Shown: positions 41,188-51,708, counted from the first letter of the stretch. The stretch: 64,000 nucleotides of DNA from an uncultured Phycisphaerales bacterium (GCA_938084645.1 CALKEP010000001.1:1-64000), one strand, 5' to 3'. A program made the numbers and translations. Notes: generated by a model not told the origin, from the letters alone.

Positions 41188-42321
41188 CTATCGAACCACG
41201 CCGGTCGCGTACATGGCTTCACTGCCGGCCGTGGTGTCGAAGGTGATCGGCATCATGAACACGCCTCCGGCGCCTCCGACGTTCGTCACCGCGACCCGGA
41301 CCCGCACCCGATCGCCCGCCCCTTCGATCTGCTCCACGAGGTCGGCGCGGAAGTTCGGATTGGTCGTTCGCACGCCGGTGACGAGTTTGCCGGCGAACTG
41401 CTTGAGTTCCACGTCGAAGGTCCCGGTGCCCCCCGGCGGGATCGCACCGAGGTTCGCGATGTTGCCGTCGAACTGCAGGGCGACGTTGCGGGTCTGGTGC
41501 GGAAGCTTGGAGAACGGGTGTCGTATCCGCATCTCGATCACCGGCGCCTCGGGGTGATCGGTCTCGAAGATCATCCACTTCGGGAACACCTCGGGACTTC
41601 CGGCCTGCTCGACCTGCGTCGCCGCCGGACCGAGGTCGTACTGGACGACGTGCTGCGAAAGCGGCTGATCCGGGGTCAGGAGCACGGGCGGGCGCCCGTT
41701 GACGCTGAGGACTCGGAAGGGAAGTCCGTCGGTCGACGCGACCGAGACGCTTCCGGTGACGGGATTCGGAGGAAGGGCGTCGATGTAGAGCGGCGTGGTC
41801 CTGACGGCGTACGCCGCGACGGCGGTCAGGGTGAGCCGCGGTCCGCGGACGTTCTCACCTCCGGGGCCCTGCAGGACGGTGTTCACGGCAGCCTGCTTCT
41901 TGCCGGTGGTGCTGGGCACCTGCAGGGTGATCGGGATCGCGATGCCGCCGCCCGGGGGGATCGTCTCGCCCGCGACTTCGACCGTCGTGCACTGGCAGGT
42001 CGGAACCGCCTGGACGATGGTCATGGGCGTGGGGAAGGGATTCACCAGGATGACGTCTGCGGTGAGCTTGGACCCGGGTTTGACGATGCCGAAGTCGACG
42101 TCGGCCGGATCTCCGTAGACCGCGGTGGCACCCGGTCGCACCTCGATCGAGCCGGGGGCGATGACGCGAATCCCGGATTCGGCGCCGGCTGCTGCGGAGG
42201 GTTCGGTCGTCGCCTGGCCGGCGGGGGCGTTCCCGCTCGGCGAGGCGACCGGATCCTCGCAACCACCGAGGGCCAGGAGGACGAGGGCGAACGTCGTGAG
42301 GATCGGTTGGCTCGAATTCAA
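41188..42321 (-). CDS. DUF1573-like Ig-fold lipoprotein
   Basis: Lipobox-like LALGGC, DFG.V.PG, L.N, PTCQCT and IPPGG. Second Ig-like repeat at NLGAIPPG. TTG start inferred. Confidence 0.72.
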   Translation of the reverse strand: MNSSQPILTTFALVLLALGGCEDPVASPSGNAPAGQATTEPSAAAGAESGIRVIAPGSIEVRPGATAVYGDPADVDFGIVKPGSKLTADVILVNPFPTPMTIVQAVPTCQCTTVEVAGETIPPGGGIAIPITLQVPSTTGKKQAAVNTVLQGPGGENVRGPRLTLTAVAAYAVRTTPLYIDALPPNPVTGSVSVASTDGLPFRVLSVNGRPPVLLTPDQPLSQHVVQYDLGPAATQVEQAGSPEVFPKWMIFETDHPEAPVIEMRIRHPFSKLPHQTRNVALQFDGNIANLGAIPPGGTGTFDVELKQFAGKLVTGVRTTNPNFRADLVEQIEGAGDRVRVRVAVTNVGGAGGVFMMPITFDTTAGSEAMYATGVVR

Positions 42322-42475
42322 CGGTCTGCTCCGGTGGAGTCGGTGATCGGGGCCGCTCGAGGCGTCCAAGGCGTGGTCGGTTCCGGGACTCGCCCCGAAC
42401 AGGATAGTCGGTCGGTCCCGGTCACCGACGTCGCGTCCGCTCGGATCGGGGGCGAGCCGGAGTACGATTCCCGCC

Positions 42476-43525
42476 ATGAAAGCAGTCGCCGTCATGACCG
42501 GGGGCGCGCCCGTCGCGCCCAACGTGGAACTCGTGGATCTCCCGATGCCGGAGCCGGCCGCGGGGGACCTTCGGGTTCGAACCGAGGCGTCGGCGCTCAA
42601 TCATCTGGATCTCTGGATCGGCATGGGGATCCCCGGGGTCGATCGTCCGTGGCCGAGGGTGACGGGTTCGGACGGCGTGGGAGTGGTCGACGCCGTCGGC
42701 TCGGGCGTCGATGACGCCTGGGTCGGACGCCGTGTGATGATGAACGCTGCGAGGGACGTCGGAACGCCGCCTTCCCCGGGCGGTCGTGACGCCGGGGAGA
42801 ACTTCCAGCTGGTGGGGGAGCACGTGCCCGGGGCGATGGCGGAGTACTTCCTCGTTCCCGCGACGAACGTCGTGGACATCGGCGATCGGGATCCGATCAC
42901 CGCCGCGGCATTCGGACTGACGCATCTGACCGCCTGGCGAATGCTGACGACGCGGGCTTCGGCGGCGCCTGGAGACTGGGTGCTGATCCCCGGCATCGGC
43001 GGGGGGGTGGCGCTCGCCGCGCTCGGAATCGCACGGCACCTCGGCTGCAACACGGTGGTGACGAGCCGGAGCGAGGCGAAACTCGAGCGGGCCCGCGCGC
43101 TCGGCGCATCGGCCACGGTGCTCGACGAGGGCGAGGACTGGTCTCGTTCGGTCCGCAAGGCGACCGGTGGACGCGGGGTCGACGTCTGCATCGACTCGGT
43201 CGGCGCGGCGGTTCATCCCGCCTGCATCAAGGCGATGGCTCGAGGTGGTCGCTTCGTCACCTGTGGTTGCACCAGCGGGCCGGCGGCGACGACCGACCTC
43301 GCGCGCGTGTTCTGGAACCAGCTCTCGATTCTGGGCTCGACGATGGGTGACATGCATGAGTTTCGCCAGGTCGTCGGTCTGCTGATCGACGGGCGGCTCG
43401 AGCCGGTCATCGACGCGGTCCACACGCCGGCGACGGCGGCCGATGCCTACGCCGCGATCGAAGCGGGACATCAGTTCGGCAAGCTGGTGGTCGATTGGCG
43501 GCAGGACGACGACGCTGCCCGATAA
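42476..43525 (+). CDS. Medium-chain dehydrogenase/reductase, quinone oxidoreductase-like
   Basis: ALNHLD, GSDGVGVV, TAWRML, GIGGGV (NADPH binding), RGVDV and FGKLV. Confidence 0.88.
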   Translation: MKAVAVMTGGAPVAPNVELVDLPMPEPAAGDLRVRTEASALNHLDLWIGMGIPGVDRPWPRVTGSDGVGVVDAVGSGVDDAWVGRRVMMNAARDVGTPPSPGGRDAGENFQLVGEHVPGAMAEYFLVPATNVVDIGDRDPITAAAFGLTHLTAWRMLTTRASAAPGDWVLIPGIGGGVALAALGIARHLGCNTVVTSRSEAKLERARALGASATVLDEGEDWSRSVRKATGGRGVDVCIDSVGAAVHPACIKAMARGGRFVTCGCTSGPAATTDLARVFWNQLSILGSTMGDMHEFRQVVGLLIDGRLEPVIDAVHTPATAADAYAAIEAGHQFGKLVVDWRQDDDAAR

Positions 43526-43613
43526 CGTCCAAAGCGGGCGGGATTGGAATTATCGGACGACCGATGATTCTGCAACGGACGTTTTTTCTCGATGCCACAC
43601 CAGAGTTCCAGAA

Positions 43614-43646
43614 GGCGATTGACCTCTCTTGAATCGCCGGTAGTCT
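43614..43646 (+). promoter_or_regulatory. Sigma70-type promoter overlapped by an inverted repeat
   Basis: TTGACC(43619)-N16-TAGTCT, with GGCGATT-N11-AATCGCC (43614-43638) overlapping the -35 element and spacer. Confidence 0.5.
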
Positions 43647-43738
43647 CTTTTTGGCGGATTCTTTTTGCGGATCCGTCATTCATATTCGAGCTTGAAGTTC
43701 TCAATCTCGACCCAGATCCGATCTAGGAGGAATCTCGG

Positions 43739-45697
43739 ATGCAAAGCAAGTTCATCAAGGCCACGGCCGCGGTCTCCGCGGCGACTGTGTCTTCATTCGC
43801 CCTTGCGGGCGGTGGTGACACCTACAACGTCGGATTCTCCGACACCGCGTATTACAACATCGCCTCTGGCGGTATCGATCCCGCCAGCCCGAATTACAAC
43901 GGTCAGGGCGTCACCGCCGAGGCCGGTCGTTACATGGGCTCGTTCGGCTGGTCCAACGTCGTGCTCGACGTCTGCTGGAACACGGGTTCCGCCTACTCCT
44001 GCTGGGCGAGCGAATGCACGTTCACCATGAGCATGTCCGACGGCACGCAGACCACCTACTTCAACGTCGGTGCGCCGGTCGCGGACCAGACCGGCAGCGA
44101 CATCGAAGGCGCCTGCGCCACGTATCCGACCGACGGCTCGTCTGCCGCGGGTGAGACGATCTTCGATCCCTTCGCCTTCGCGGTCGACGCGAGCGGCGAC
44201 GTCCAGGTCGCGGTCTACCAGGCGTGGGATGACGGCACCGGCATGGCCGGTGGTTCGGTCATCACGGCCGACTGCTTCTTCACCCTCGCGGGCGAAGTCC
44301 CCGCCGGTTGCGAAGGTGCGACCGGTTCCTGCGCCGAGGTCCACCCCGAGCCCGGTTGCGACGACCTGACCTGCTGTGCCGTCGTCTGTGACGCGGCCGC
44401 CGGTGGTGACCCGTTCTGCTGCGAGGTTTCGTGGGACTCGACGTGCGTCGACAACGCGATCGCCCTCTGCGGCATCTACATCTACACGTGTGAGAACCCG
44501 CAGTACTCCAACGACTGCGCGACCTCGCCGATGATGCTCGACCTCGACACCCCGGTCGCGTTCAACACCGTGGGTGCGAACACCGACGGCCCGCCCGAGA
44601 TCGACTGCGGTTCGGCCGAAGAGGACTATCCGATCTGGTCGGACCTCTGGTACATGGTGGAGTCGGTCGACGGCGGCATCATGAACGCGACCTGCTGCAA
44701 CACCGCGGACTTCGACACCAAGATCGCGATCTACGACGCGGGTGAGATCGGTTCGACCTTCGATCCGTCCACGCTTCCGGCGTCGTTCCTGATCTGCAAC
44801 GAGGACTGTGACGACCCGACGTTCTTCACGTCCGAGGCGCTCGTCGCCGTGGACGCGGGCCGTCAGTACCTCGTCCGTCTCGGCGGATACCTCCAGGCCA
44901 CCGGCCAGGGCGACCTCGTCGTCTCGATCGAGACCCCCGAGCCGCCGATCCCGCCCCAGACCTGCGACATCCCGGGTCCGGACACGTTCACCCAGAACAC
45001 CACTGACGTGATGAATTCAGGCGGCGTCGCCTGTGCTGGCGGTGGCATCACCACCGAGAACAACTACTGCCGGATCTACACCGCCGAGGACATGGGCAAC
45101 GATCAGTTCACGATCGACTGCATCCGCTTCGGCATGACGAACCCCGGTTCGTACCTCCCGGCGGCGATCAACGTCCTCAAGTCGCCGAGCGGCAACGTCG
45201 ACGTCTACGCGGACCTCGAGCTGCTCGCGACCAACAACTTCGGTCTCTACACGACCGATGGTCTTGAGTACAACGTGGTGACCTTCCCCGACGGCGTGAA
45301 CGTCGATCTGTCCGACGGCTCGGCCCTCGTCATCGAGGTCTCGATCCCGCAGGCCCTCGACGGCTTCGTGACCTTCGGTGGCGGCACCGGGGTCGACGTC
45401 TCGAGCGGTACCACGTACATCCGATCCGCTCCCTGCGGCATCTCCGAGTACATCACCAACGGTTCGATCGGTTTCGACCTCGAGTGGTTCGTCTACGCCG
45501 ACGGCACCGCTGGTGGCGGCCAGCCAGACTGCCCCGGAGACTTCAACGGCGACGGCATGGTCGACGGTGCTGACTTCGGCTTCATCCTCGCTGCCTGGGG
45601 AACCTGTGGGGGCTGCCCCGAGGATCTCAATGGCGACGGTGAAGTGAACGGTGCCGACGTCGGCCTCGTGCTCTCGGTCTGGGGCGCCTGCCCCTGA
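43739..45697 (+). CDS. Secreted acidic Cys-rich surface protein with C-terminal dockerin-like domain (paralogue 1)
   Basis: Strong RBS AGGAGG, signal peptide ...SFALA, Cys-rich module HPEPGC..CC..C..DPFCC..WD..C, paired DxNGDG motifs ending WGACP. Confidence 0.88.
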   Translation: MQSKFIKATAAVSAATVSSFALAGGGDTYNVGFSDTAYYNIASGGIDPASPNYNGQGVTAEAGRYMGSFGWSNVVLDVCWNTGSAYSCWASECTFTMSMSDGTQTTYFNVGAPVADQTGSDIEGACATYPTDGSSAAGETIFDPFAFAVDASGDVQVAVYQAWDDGTGMAGGSVITADCFFTLAGEVPAGCEGATGSCAEVHPEPGCDDLTCCAVVCDAAAGGDPFCCEVSWDSTCVDNAIALCGIYIYTCENPQYSNDCATSPMMLDLDTPVAFNTVGANTDGPPEIDCGSAEEDYPIWSDLWYMVESVDGGIMNATCCNTADFDTKIAIYDAGEIGSTFDPSTLPASFLICNEDCDDPTFFTSEALVAVDAGRQYLVRLGGYLQATGQGDLVVSIETPEPPIPPQTCDIPGPDTFTQNTTDVMNSGGVACAGGGITTENNYCRIYTAEDMGNDQFTIDCIRFGMTNPGSYLPAAINVLKSPSGNVDVYADLELLATNNFGLYTTDGLEYNVVTFPDGVNVDLSDGSALVIEVSIPQALDGFVTFGGGTGVDVSSGTTYIRSAPCGISEYITNGSIGFDLEWFVYADGTAGGGQPDCPGDFNGDGMVDGADFGFILAAWGTCGGCPEDLNGDGEVNGADVGLVLSVWGACP

Positions 45698-45758
45698 TCG
45701 GTCACCGATCACCCGCGAGTCACCATCCTTCGGATGGATGATTCGAACGATTCGAATG

Positions 45759-45793
45759 CCCCCCGATCCGCTCCGCGGATCGGGGGGTTCTTC
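45759..45793 (+). terminator. Intrinsic terminator
   Basis: CCCCCCGATCCGC-TCC-GCGGATCGGGGGG followed by TTCTTC. Confidence 0.75.
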
Positions 45794-46028
45794 GTATCGA
45801 GGTTCCATGGAGAGGCGCGTCCGGGCCGCTGCGTCCGGCCGATAGTTTCGGCGAGGAGAACCAGGTCGAGTTAACGGACGTGATTCTTGACCATGATCTC
45901 ATTTTTCAGATGCCAATCTTCGGTCTTAGGATAAACTTGGGGCGAATCATGCAGTTAAGTGCATCCGCTGGTGCGTGAGACGTGTGTCCTCGTTCCGCGG
46001 GAATTCGGTACTCAGGAGGTAATTCAAG

Positions 46029-47975
46029 ATGCAGAGCACTTTCATCAAGGCAACCGCCGCGATTTCTGCGGTCGGTCTGTCTGCCACGGCGCTTGCGGGC
46101 GGCGGCGGTACCTACGACGTCGGTTTCTCCGACGCGCCCTATTACACGATCGCCAACGGCGGCATCGACCCGGCGAGCCCCAACTACAACGGCCAGACGG
46201 TGATGGCCGAGGCCGGCAGTTACTTCACGGCCTTCGGCTGGTCGAACGTCGTCATCGACGTCTGCTGGAACACCGGTTCTGACTTCTCCTGCTGGGCGAG
46301 CGAATGCACGTTCACCATGAGCATGTCCGACGGCACCGAAACCGCCTACTTCAATGTTGGCGTTCCGATCGCGGACACGACCGGTTCCGAAATCGAAGGC
46401 GAATGCGCCACCTACCCCCTCGACGGATCATCCGCCGCCGGCGAGACGATCTTCGATCCATTCGCCTTCGCGGTGGATGCATCGGGTGACGTCGAAGTCG
46501 CGGTGTATCAGGCCTGGGAAGACGGTACCGGCCTCAATGGCGGCAGCGTCATCACCGCCGATGCGTTCTTCACGCTTGGTGCCGGCATCCCCGAGGGTTG
46601 CATCGATGCGACCGGTTCCTGTGCCGAGCCGCATCCGGAGCCCGGTTGCGACGACGTCACCTGCTGTGCCGTCACCTGTGATCCGTCCGCTGGTGGTGAC
46701 CCCTTCTGTTGCGAGGTTTCGTGGGACTCGACGTGCGTCGACAACGCGATCGCGCTCTGCAACATCTACTTCTACACCTGTGACAACCCCGCCTACGGGA
46801 ACGACTGTGCGACCGATCCGACGATGATGAGCAACGGGGAGCGGGTCGACTACTCCACCATCGGGGCGAACTACGACGGCCCGATCATCACGTGTGCGGC
46901 CGGAGGCGCGGCGAATGTCTGGTTCATGGTGCAGATCGAGGGAACGGGCACGCAGACCCTGACCGCGACGACCTGCAACGACGCCGACTACGACACGGCG
47001 CTCACGCTTTGGGATGCGGGTGAGATCGGTTCGACCTTCGATCCGTCCACGCTTCCGAACGTCGAGGTGGCGTGCAACGACGACGGTGGCGGCTGCCCTG
47101 ACTTCCAGTCGTTCCTCACGGCGAACGTCGAGAGTGGCCGGCAGTACCTGATCAGCGCCTCTGGTTGGAACCTCTCGGAGGGCAACGCCGGACTCACCGT
47201 TGCGTGGGAAGAGGCCGAGCCGCCGATTCCGCCCTACACCTGCGACACGCCGGGTCCCGACACGTTCACCCAGAACACCACTGACGTGATGACCGCGGGC
47301 GGCGTCGCCTGTGCTGGCGGTGGCATCACCACCGAGAATGCGTATTGCCGCGTCTACACGGCCGCCGAGATGGGGAACGATCAGTTCACCATCGACTGTG
47401 TCCGCTTCGGCATGACGAACCCCGGTTCCTACATCGCAGGTGCGATGAACATCTACAAGTCCGCGAACGGCACCCCCGCGCCGCTTGCAGATCTCGAGCT
47501 CCTCGGTTCCGCGCCCTGGGGCTTCTACACCACCGCCGGAAACGAGTACAGCGTCGTTTCCTTCGCGGACGGCGTGAACGTCGACCTGTCCGACGGATCG
47601 GCACTGGTCATCGAGATCGACTACGGACCGTCGAGCGACGGTTTCGCGACCTTCGGTGGCGGTACCGCGGCCGACATCTCGAGCGGTACGACCTACCTCC
47701 GTTCTGCTTCGTGCGGCATCGCCGAGTTCACCGCGGTCGGTGACATCGGTTTCGATCTCGAGTGGTTCGTCTTCGTCGACGGAACCGCGGGTGGCGGCCA
47801 GCCCGACTGCCCCGGTGACTTCAACGGCGACGGCATCGTCGATGGTGCCGACTTCGGCTTCATCCTCGCGGCCTGGGGTACCTGCGGGGGCTGCCCCGAG
47901 GATCTCAACGGCGACGGCCAGGTCAATGGCGCCGACGTCGGTCTGCTGCTCGTCGCGTGGGGCGCCTGCCCCTGA
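46029..47975 (+). CDS. Secreted acidic Cys-rich surface protein with C-terminal dockerin-like domain (paralogue 2)
   Basis: Colinear paralogue of 43739-45697, with AGGAGG RBS and the same architecture. Confidence 0.88.
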   Translation: MQSTFIKATAAISAVGLSATALAGGGGTYDVGFSDAPYYTIANGGIDPASPNYNGQTVMAEAGSYFTAFGWSNVVIDVCWNTGSDFSCWASECTFTMSMSDGTETAYFNVGVPIADTTGSEIEGECATYPLDGSSAAGETIFDPFAFAVDASGDVEVAVYQAWEDGTGLNGGSVITADAFFTLGAGIPEGCIDATGSCAEPHPEPGCDDVTCCAVTCDPSAGGDPFCCEVSWDSTCVDNAIALCNIYFYTCDNPAYGNDCATDPTMMSNGERVDYSTIGANYDGPIITCAAGGAANVWFMVQIEGTGTQTLTATTCNDADYDTALTLWDAGEIGSTFDPSTLPNVEVACNDDGGGCPDFQSFLTANVESGRQYLISASGWNLSEGNAGLTVAWEEAEPPIPPYTCDTPGPDTFTQNTTDVMTAGGVACAGGGITTENAYCRVYTAAEMGNDQFTIDCVRFGMTNPGSYIAGAMNIYKSANGTPAPLADLELLGSAPWGFYTTAGNEYSVVSFADGVNVDLSDGSALVIEIDYGPSSDGFATFGGGTAADISSGTTYLRSASCGIAEFTAVGDIGFDLEWFVFVDGTAGGGQPDCPGDFNGDGIVDGADFGFILAAWGTCGGCPEDLNGDGQVNGADVGLLLVAWGACP

Positions 47976-48023
47976 TCGCGACCGCTCGACTTCCGATCAC
48001 TGATCGGAGCTCCTAGATCGCAT

Positions 48024-48060
48024 CACCCCCCGGCTCTTCGAGCCGGGGGGTGTTCGTTTC
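48024..48060 (+). terminator. Intrinsic terminator
   Basis: CACCCCCCGGCTC-TTC-GAGCCGGGGGGTG followed by TTCGTTTC. Confidence 0.75.
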
Positions 48061-48360
48061 CGGGGCGGGATTCTGCCATCGTGGTCGTGCGTTCGATCTC
48101 GATTGCGGCACTCCCGGGGCCGCCGACGCATCCAGGTCGCAGCAGCTCGGTATCCTGTGCATGGTGATCCCGGGCGGCGTTGAAATGTGCCCCGCCTCGA
48201 TCCCAACCAACGTCGGAGTCTCGTCACAACGGCTCGGCGTTCACGAAACCGACCGCACGCAGGATGTCGGGCGGGGTGGCTGATCAGAATCGGCAGGTGG
48301 CGCATGGCATCGCTCCGGACTTCCGTCGGGGCGGGCCATGAAGGCCTCGGAGGAGCTCGC

Positions 48361-49716
48361 GTGCGGATCTTTCTCATTCTCTCCATCGTGGTCGTGCTCG
48401 GCGGCGTGGGCGGTCTCGTCGCGTTCGGCCCCGAATTTTCGGCTGGATTCTCATTCGGATCCGACTCCGGCGGTCGCGGTGAATCGGTTCGGGTCGAGTC
48501 CGTGGTGCGGCGAACCCTCATCGAACGAGTCGCGGCCCCCGGTGAGATCGAACCCAACGTCAAGGTCGATGTCTCGGCCGAAGTGTCGGCGCGGATTCTC
48601 GAACTGCCGTTTCGAGAGGGCGAATCGGTCCGGGCGGGTGAACTGATCATCCGTCTGGATGCCGCGGACTTCGAAGCGCGACTCGACAGTGCTCGAGCCC
48701 GCCGTGATGCGGAGCAGTTCCGGCTCCAGAGCGAGCAATCGAGGATCGCCGGACCGATGGCGTCCCTCGCCAACGCCCGCACCGTGCTCGAACGTCAGGA
48801 GCAGCTCTTCGCCACGGGCGACGTGAGCCGGCAGAGCCTCGACGACGCACGCAACCGGGTGGCCGAGCTCGCGGCGCAGGTCGAGGCGGGCAAGCTGGCG
48901 ATCTCGGTGATCGAGAGTTCGCTCCAGGCCGCGGAAGCGGACATCGACCAGGCCCGTGATCGACTCGAGAAGACGATCATGAAGTCACCGATCGACGGCG
49001 TGATCACCATCCTGAACGCCGAGGTCGGGGAGCTGGTGGTCGTCGGCACCATGAACAATGCCGGGACGATCATCATGACCATCGCCGATCTCTCGCGGAT
49101 GCGACTCGACGCCAAGGTCGCGGAGAGCGACATCGCGAAGGTCGAGAACACCCAGCCGGCCGAGATCAGGATCAACGCCTACCCGGACGAGGTCTTCGAC
49201 GGGACGGTGGAGCGGATCGCCCTGCAACGCTCGATGGATCGAGACGGGAGCGGGTACTTCAAGACCGAGGTCCAGCTCGAACTGGACGGGCGTCGCATCT
49301 ACTCCGGGCTCGCCGCGAACGTCGACATCGAGATCGCCCGGCACGAGGGCCTCGTCGTCCCCAGCCAGGCGGTCGTGGACATGAAGGTCGACGAACTGCC
49401 CTCGGAGGTGATCAACCGCGAACTCGTGGATTCCGACCGCCGAACGGTCCCGGTCGTCTTCGTGGTGGAGGACGGAAAGGCCCGATGCACGCCCGTCCGA
49501 GTCGGTCCGAGCAGTCTGGCGGAGACGATCATCTCCCTGGGCATCGAGCCCGGTGCCGATGTGGTGATCGGCCCCTACAAGGCGATCGAAGGTCTCAAGG
49601 ACGGAGACCCGGTCAAGATCGAATCCGGCCTGTGGTCCGATTCGGATTCCGACGACGACGCGGAGGCGGAAGCGGAAGCGACGTCCGGCGACGGAACCAT
49701 CAAGGTCTCCTTCTGA
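48361..49716 (+). CDS. Efflux periplasmic adaptor (MacA/HlyD family)
   Basis: N-terminal TM helix, VSAEVSARI..L...EG, coiled-coil hairpin, SPIDGVI and VAESDI. GGAGGAG RBS before GTG 48361. Confidence 0.9.
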   Translation: MRIFLILSIVVVLGGVGGLVAFGPEFSAGFSFGSDSGGRGESVRVESVVRRTLIERVAAPGEIEPNVKVDVSAEVSARILELPFREGESVRAGELIIRLDAADFEARLDSARARRDAEQFRLQSEQSRIAGPMASLANARTVLERQEQLFATGDVSRQSLDDARNRVAELAAQVEAGKLAISVIESSLQAAEADIDQARDRLEKTIMKSPIDGVITILNAEVGELVVVGTMNNAGTIIMTIADLSRMRLDAKVAESDIAKVENTQPAEIRINAYPDEVFDGTVERIALQRSMDRDGSGYFKTEVQLELDGRRIYSGLAANVDIEIARHEGLVVPSQAVVDMKVDELPSEVINRELVDSDRRTVPVVFVVEDGKARCTPVRVGPSSLAETIISLGIEPGADVVIGPYKAIEGLKDGDPVKIESGLWSDSDSDDDAEAEAEATSGDGTIKVSF

Positions 49717-49729
49717 CGGGGCTTCGACC

Positions 49730-50473
49730 GTGACCATGCTCATCACCCTCCGTGGCATCTCGAAGACCTATCGCATCGGCGTCGAGACGATTCATGCGCT
49801 TCGCGAAGTCGATCTCGACATCGGCGACAACGAGTTCGTCGCGATCATGGGATCGTCCGGTTCGGGCAAGAGCACGCTCATGAACGTGCTCGGTTGTCTC
49901 GACCGGCCGACGGAGGGGGAGTATCGACTCGACGACCGGCGGACCGACCGGATGTCCGCGTCCGAACTCGCGATGGTCCGCAACGAACGGATCGGATTCG
50001 TGTTCCAGGCCTTCGAACTTCTGCCCCGGGCGACGGCTCTGCGGAACGTCGAGCTTCCATCGGTGTACGCCCGAGGTGATCGACGCCGGGATCGCCGGGG
50101 CCGGGCGCTCTCCGCGCTGGAGCGGGTCGGACTGGCCGACCGCGTCCATCACCGTCCGAACCAGTTGTCGGGCGGCCAGAAGCAGCGGGTGGCGATCGCC
50201 CGGGCCCTGCTGAATCGACCGGCGATCCTGCTTGCGGACGAACCGACCGGCAACCTCGACTCGACGACCACCGCGGACATCCTCGCCCTGTTCGGGCGTC
50301 TCCACGAGGAAGGGCAGACGGTGATCATCGTCACCCACGAGGATGAGGTGGCCGCGCACTGCCGACGCGTGATCCGCCTCCACGACGGACGGATCGCGAG
50401 CGATCTGCCGATCGAGGAGGATCCTGCGGGAAGACTGCTCGCGACTTCGCCGGAGACGGAGGAGGCATGCTGA
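49730..50473 (+). CDS. ABC transporter ATP-binding protein (MacB/LolD family)
   Basis: GSSGSGKST, LSGGQKQRVAIARAL, ADEPTGNLD and VTH. Confidence 0.95.
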   Translation: MTMLITLRGISKTYRIGVETIHALREVDLDIGDNEFVAIMGSSGSGKSTLMNVLGCLDRPTEGEYRLDDRRTDRMSASELAMVRNERIGFVFQAFELLPRATALRNVELPSVYARGDRRRDRRGRALSALERVGLADRVHHRPNQLSGGQKQRVAIARALLNRPAILLADEPTGNLDSTTTADILALFGRLHEEGQTVIIVTHEDEVAAHCRRVIRLHDGRIASDLPIEEDPAGRLLATSPETEEAC

Positions 50474-51708
50474 ATCCCGTCTTCTGGCTCCAGGCAATCG
50501 CCCTCGCGTTCTCCCAGATTCGAGCGAACCTCGGCCGAAGTCTGTTGACGGCGCTCGGGATCATCGTGGGCGTGGCGAGCGTCACCGCCGTCATCGCGGC
50601 GCTTTCCGGTCTCAAGACCAAGGTGCTGTCGGAATTCGAGTCGTTCGGGGCGAATCGGTTGTTCATCTTCCCGGACCGGCCCGACGACGCCCCGCGCAAC
50701 GCGTATCCCTGGAAGGACGTCCGGCTGAAGATCGAGGAGGTCGAGGCCATCGAGGTCAACTGTCCCTCCATCCGAAGTCTCACCCCGGTGACCTCGCTCG
50801 GGCTCAGTGCCCAGTACGGGGATCGCCTGATCGAGGGTTTGAACGTCACCGGAATCCGTCCCGCGTGGCACGAGACCGAGAACCGGGCAGTGACCCGGGG
50901 ACGTCCCTTCAACTCGATCGACGAGGCGAATGCGCGGCAGGTGTGCCTGCTCAACGACGCCGCCATCGAGGAACTCCAGCTTCCAAGCAATCCCGTGGGA
51001 ACGCACATCCTGCTGGGGGGACGTCGCTATCTGGTGGCCGGGGTGGTGGAGACGATCCAGTCGACGATGTTGGGAATGAGCACTTCGCGTGCGGAAGTCT
51101 TCGTGCCGTTCGCGATCGCGGCCCGACTCCAGGACGACGACTTCTTCTTCCGGATCTCGGCCATGATCGAATCGCCCGACGTCGCGGATGAGGCGATCAG
51201 CGAGGTCCGATTCGTGCTGCGGAAGATGCGCGGCCTGGGGCCCGACGATCCCGACACCTTCCAGGTCGCGGCGATCGATCAGTTCATCGATCAGTTCCGC
51301 GCTCTCGCGGCCGGCATCACCGCGATCGCGGGCGGGATCGTCGGGGTGAGCCTGCTGGTCGGCGGCATCGGCATCATGAACATCATGCTCGTCTCCGTGA
51401 GCGAGCGGACCCGGGAGATCGGTCTTCGCAAGGCGGTGGGCGCCACGCCGTCGGCGGTTCTGCTGCAGTTCCTGCTCGAGGCCGTGGTGCTCTGTCTGGT
51501 CGGCGGCGCGCTGGGCGTCGCGGCGGGGGAGACCATGGCCTTCGGGCTCACGTTGATTCCGGACGCCGGTCTCGAGGAGGCGCACGTTCCCTTGTGGGCG
51601 ATCGTCATGAGCTTCAGTTTCAGCGCCGCGGTCGGCGTGGTCTTCGGGATGTTCCCCGCCATCAAGGCATCGCGGCTCGATCCCATCGAGGCGTTGCGAC
51701 ACGAATGA
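50467..51708 (+). CDS. ABC transporter permease (MacB/FtsX family)
   Basis: RSLLTALGIIVG, GGIGIMNIMLVSVSERTREIGLRKAVGA and PAIKASRLDPIEALR. Confidence 0.95.
   Translation: MLNPVFWLQAIALAFSQIRANLGRSLLTALGIIVGVASVTAVIAALSGLKTKVLSEFESFGANRLFIFPDRPDDAPRNAYPWKDVRLKIEEVEAIEVNCPSIRSLTPVTSLGLSAQYGDRLIEGLNVTGIRPAWHETENRAVTRGRPFNSIDEANARQVCLLNDAAIEELQLPSNPVGTHILLGGRRYLVAGVVETIQSTMLGMSTSRAEVFVPFAIAARLQDDDFFFRISAMIESPDVADEAISEVRFVLRKMRGLGPDDPDTFQVAAIDQFIDQFRALAAGITAIAGGIVGVSLLVGGIGIMNIMLVSVSERTREIGLRKAVGATPSAVLLQFLLEAVVLCLVGGALGVAAGETMAFGLTLIPDAGLEEAHVPLWAIVMSFSFSAAVGVVFGMFPAIKASRLDPIEALRHE

Noticed and set aside
42476..43525. Zinc-dependent alcohol dehydrogenase
   Set aside because: The catalytic Cys, the GHE motif and the four structural Cys are absent (ALNHLD, GSD), so it is quinone-reductase-like.
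43739..47975. Diversity-generating retroelement TR/VR pair
   Set aside because: Differences are mostly synonymous or whole-segment rather than adenine-specific, both copies are intact genes, and no reverse transcriptase is in the window.
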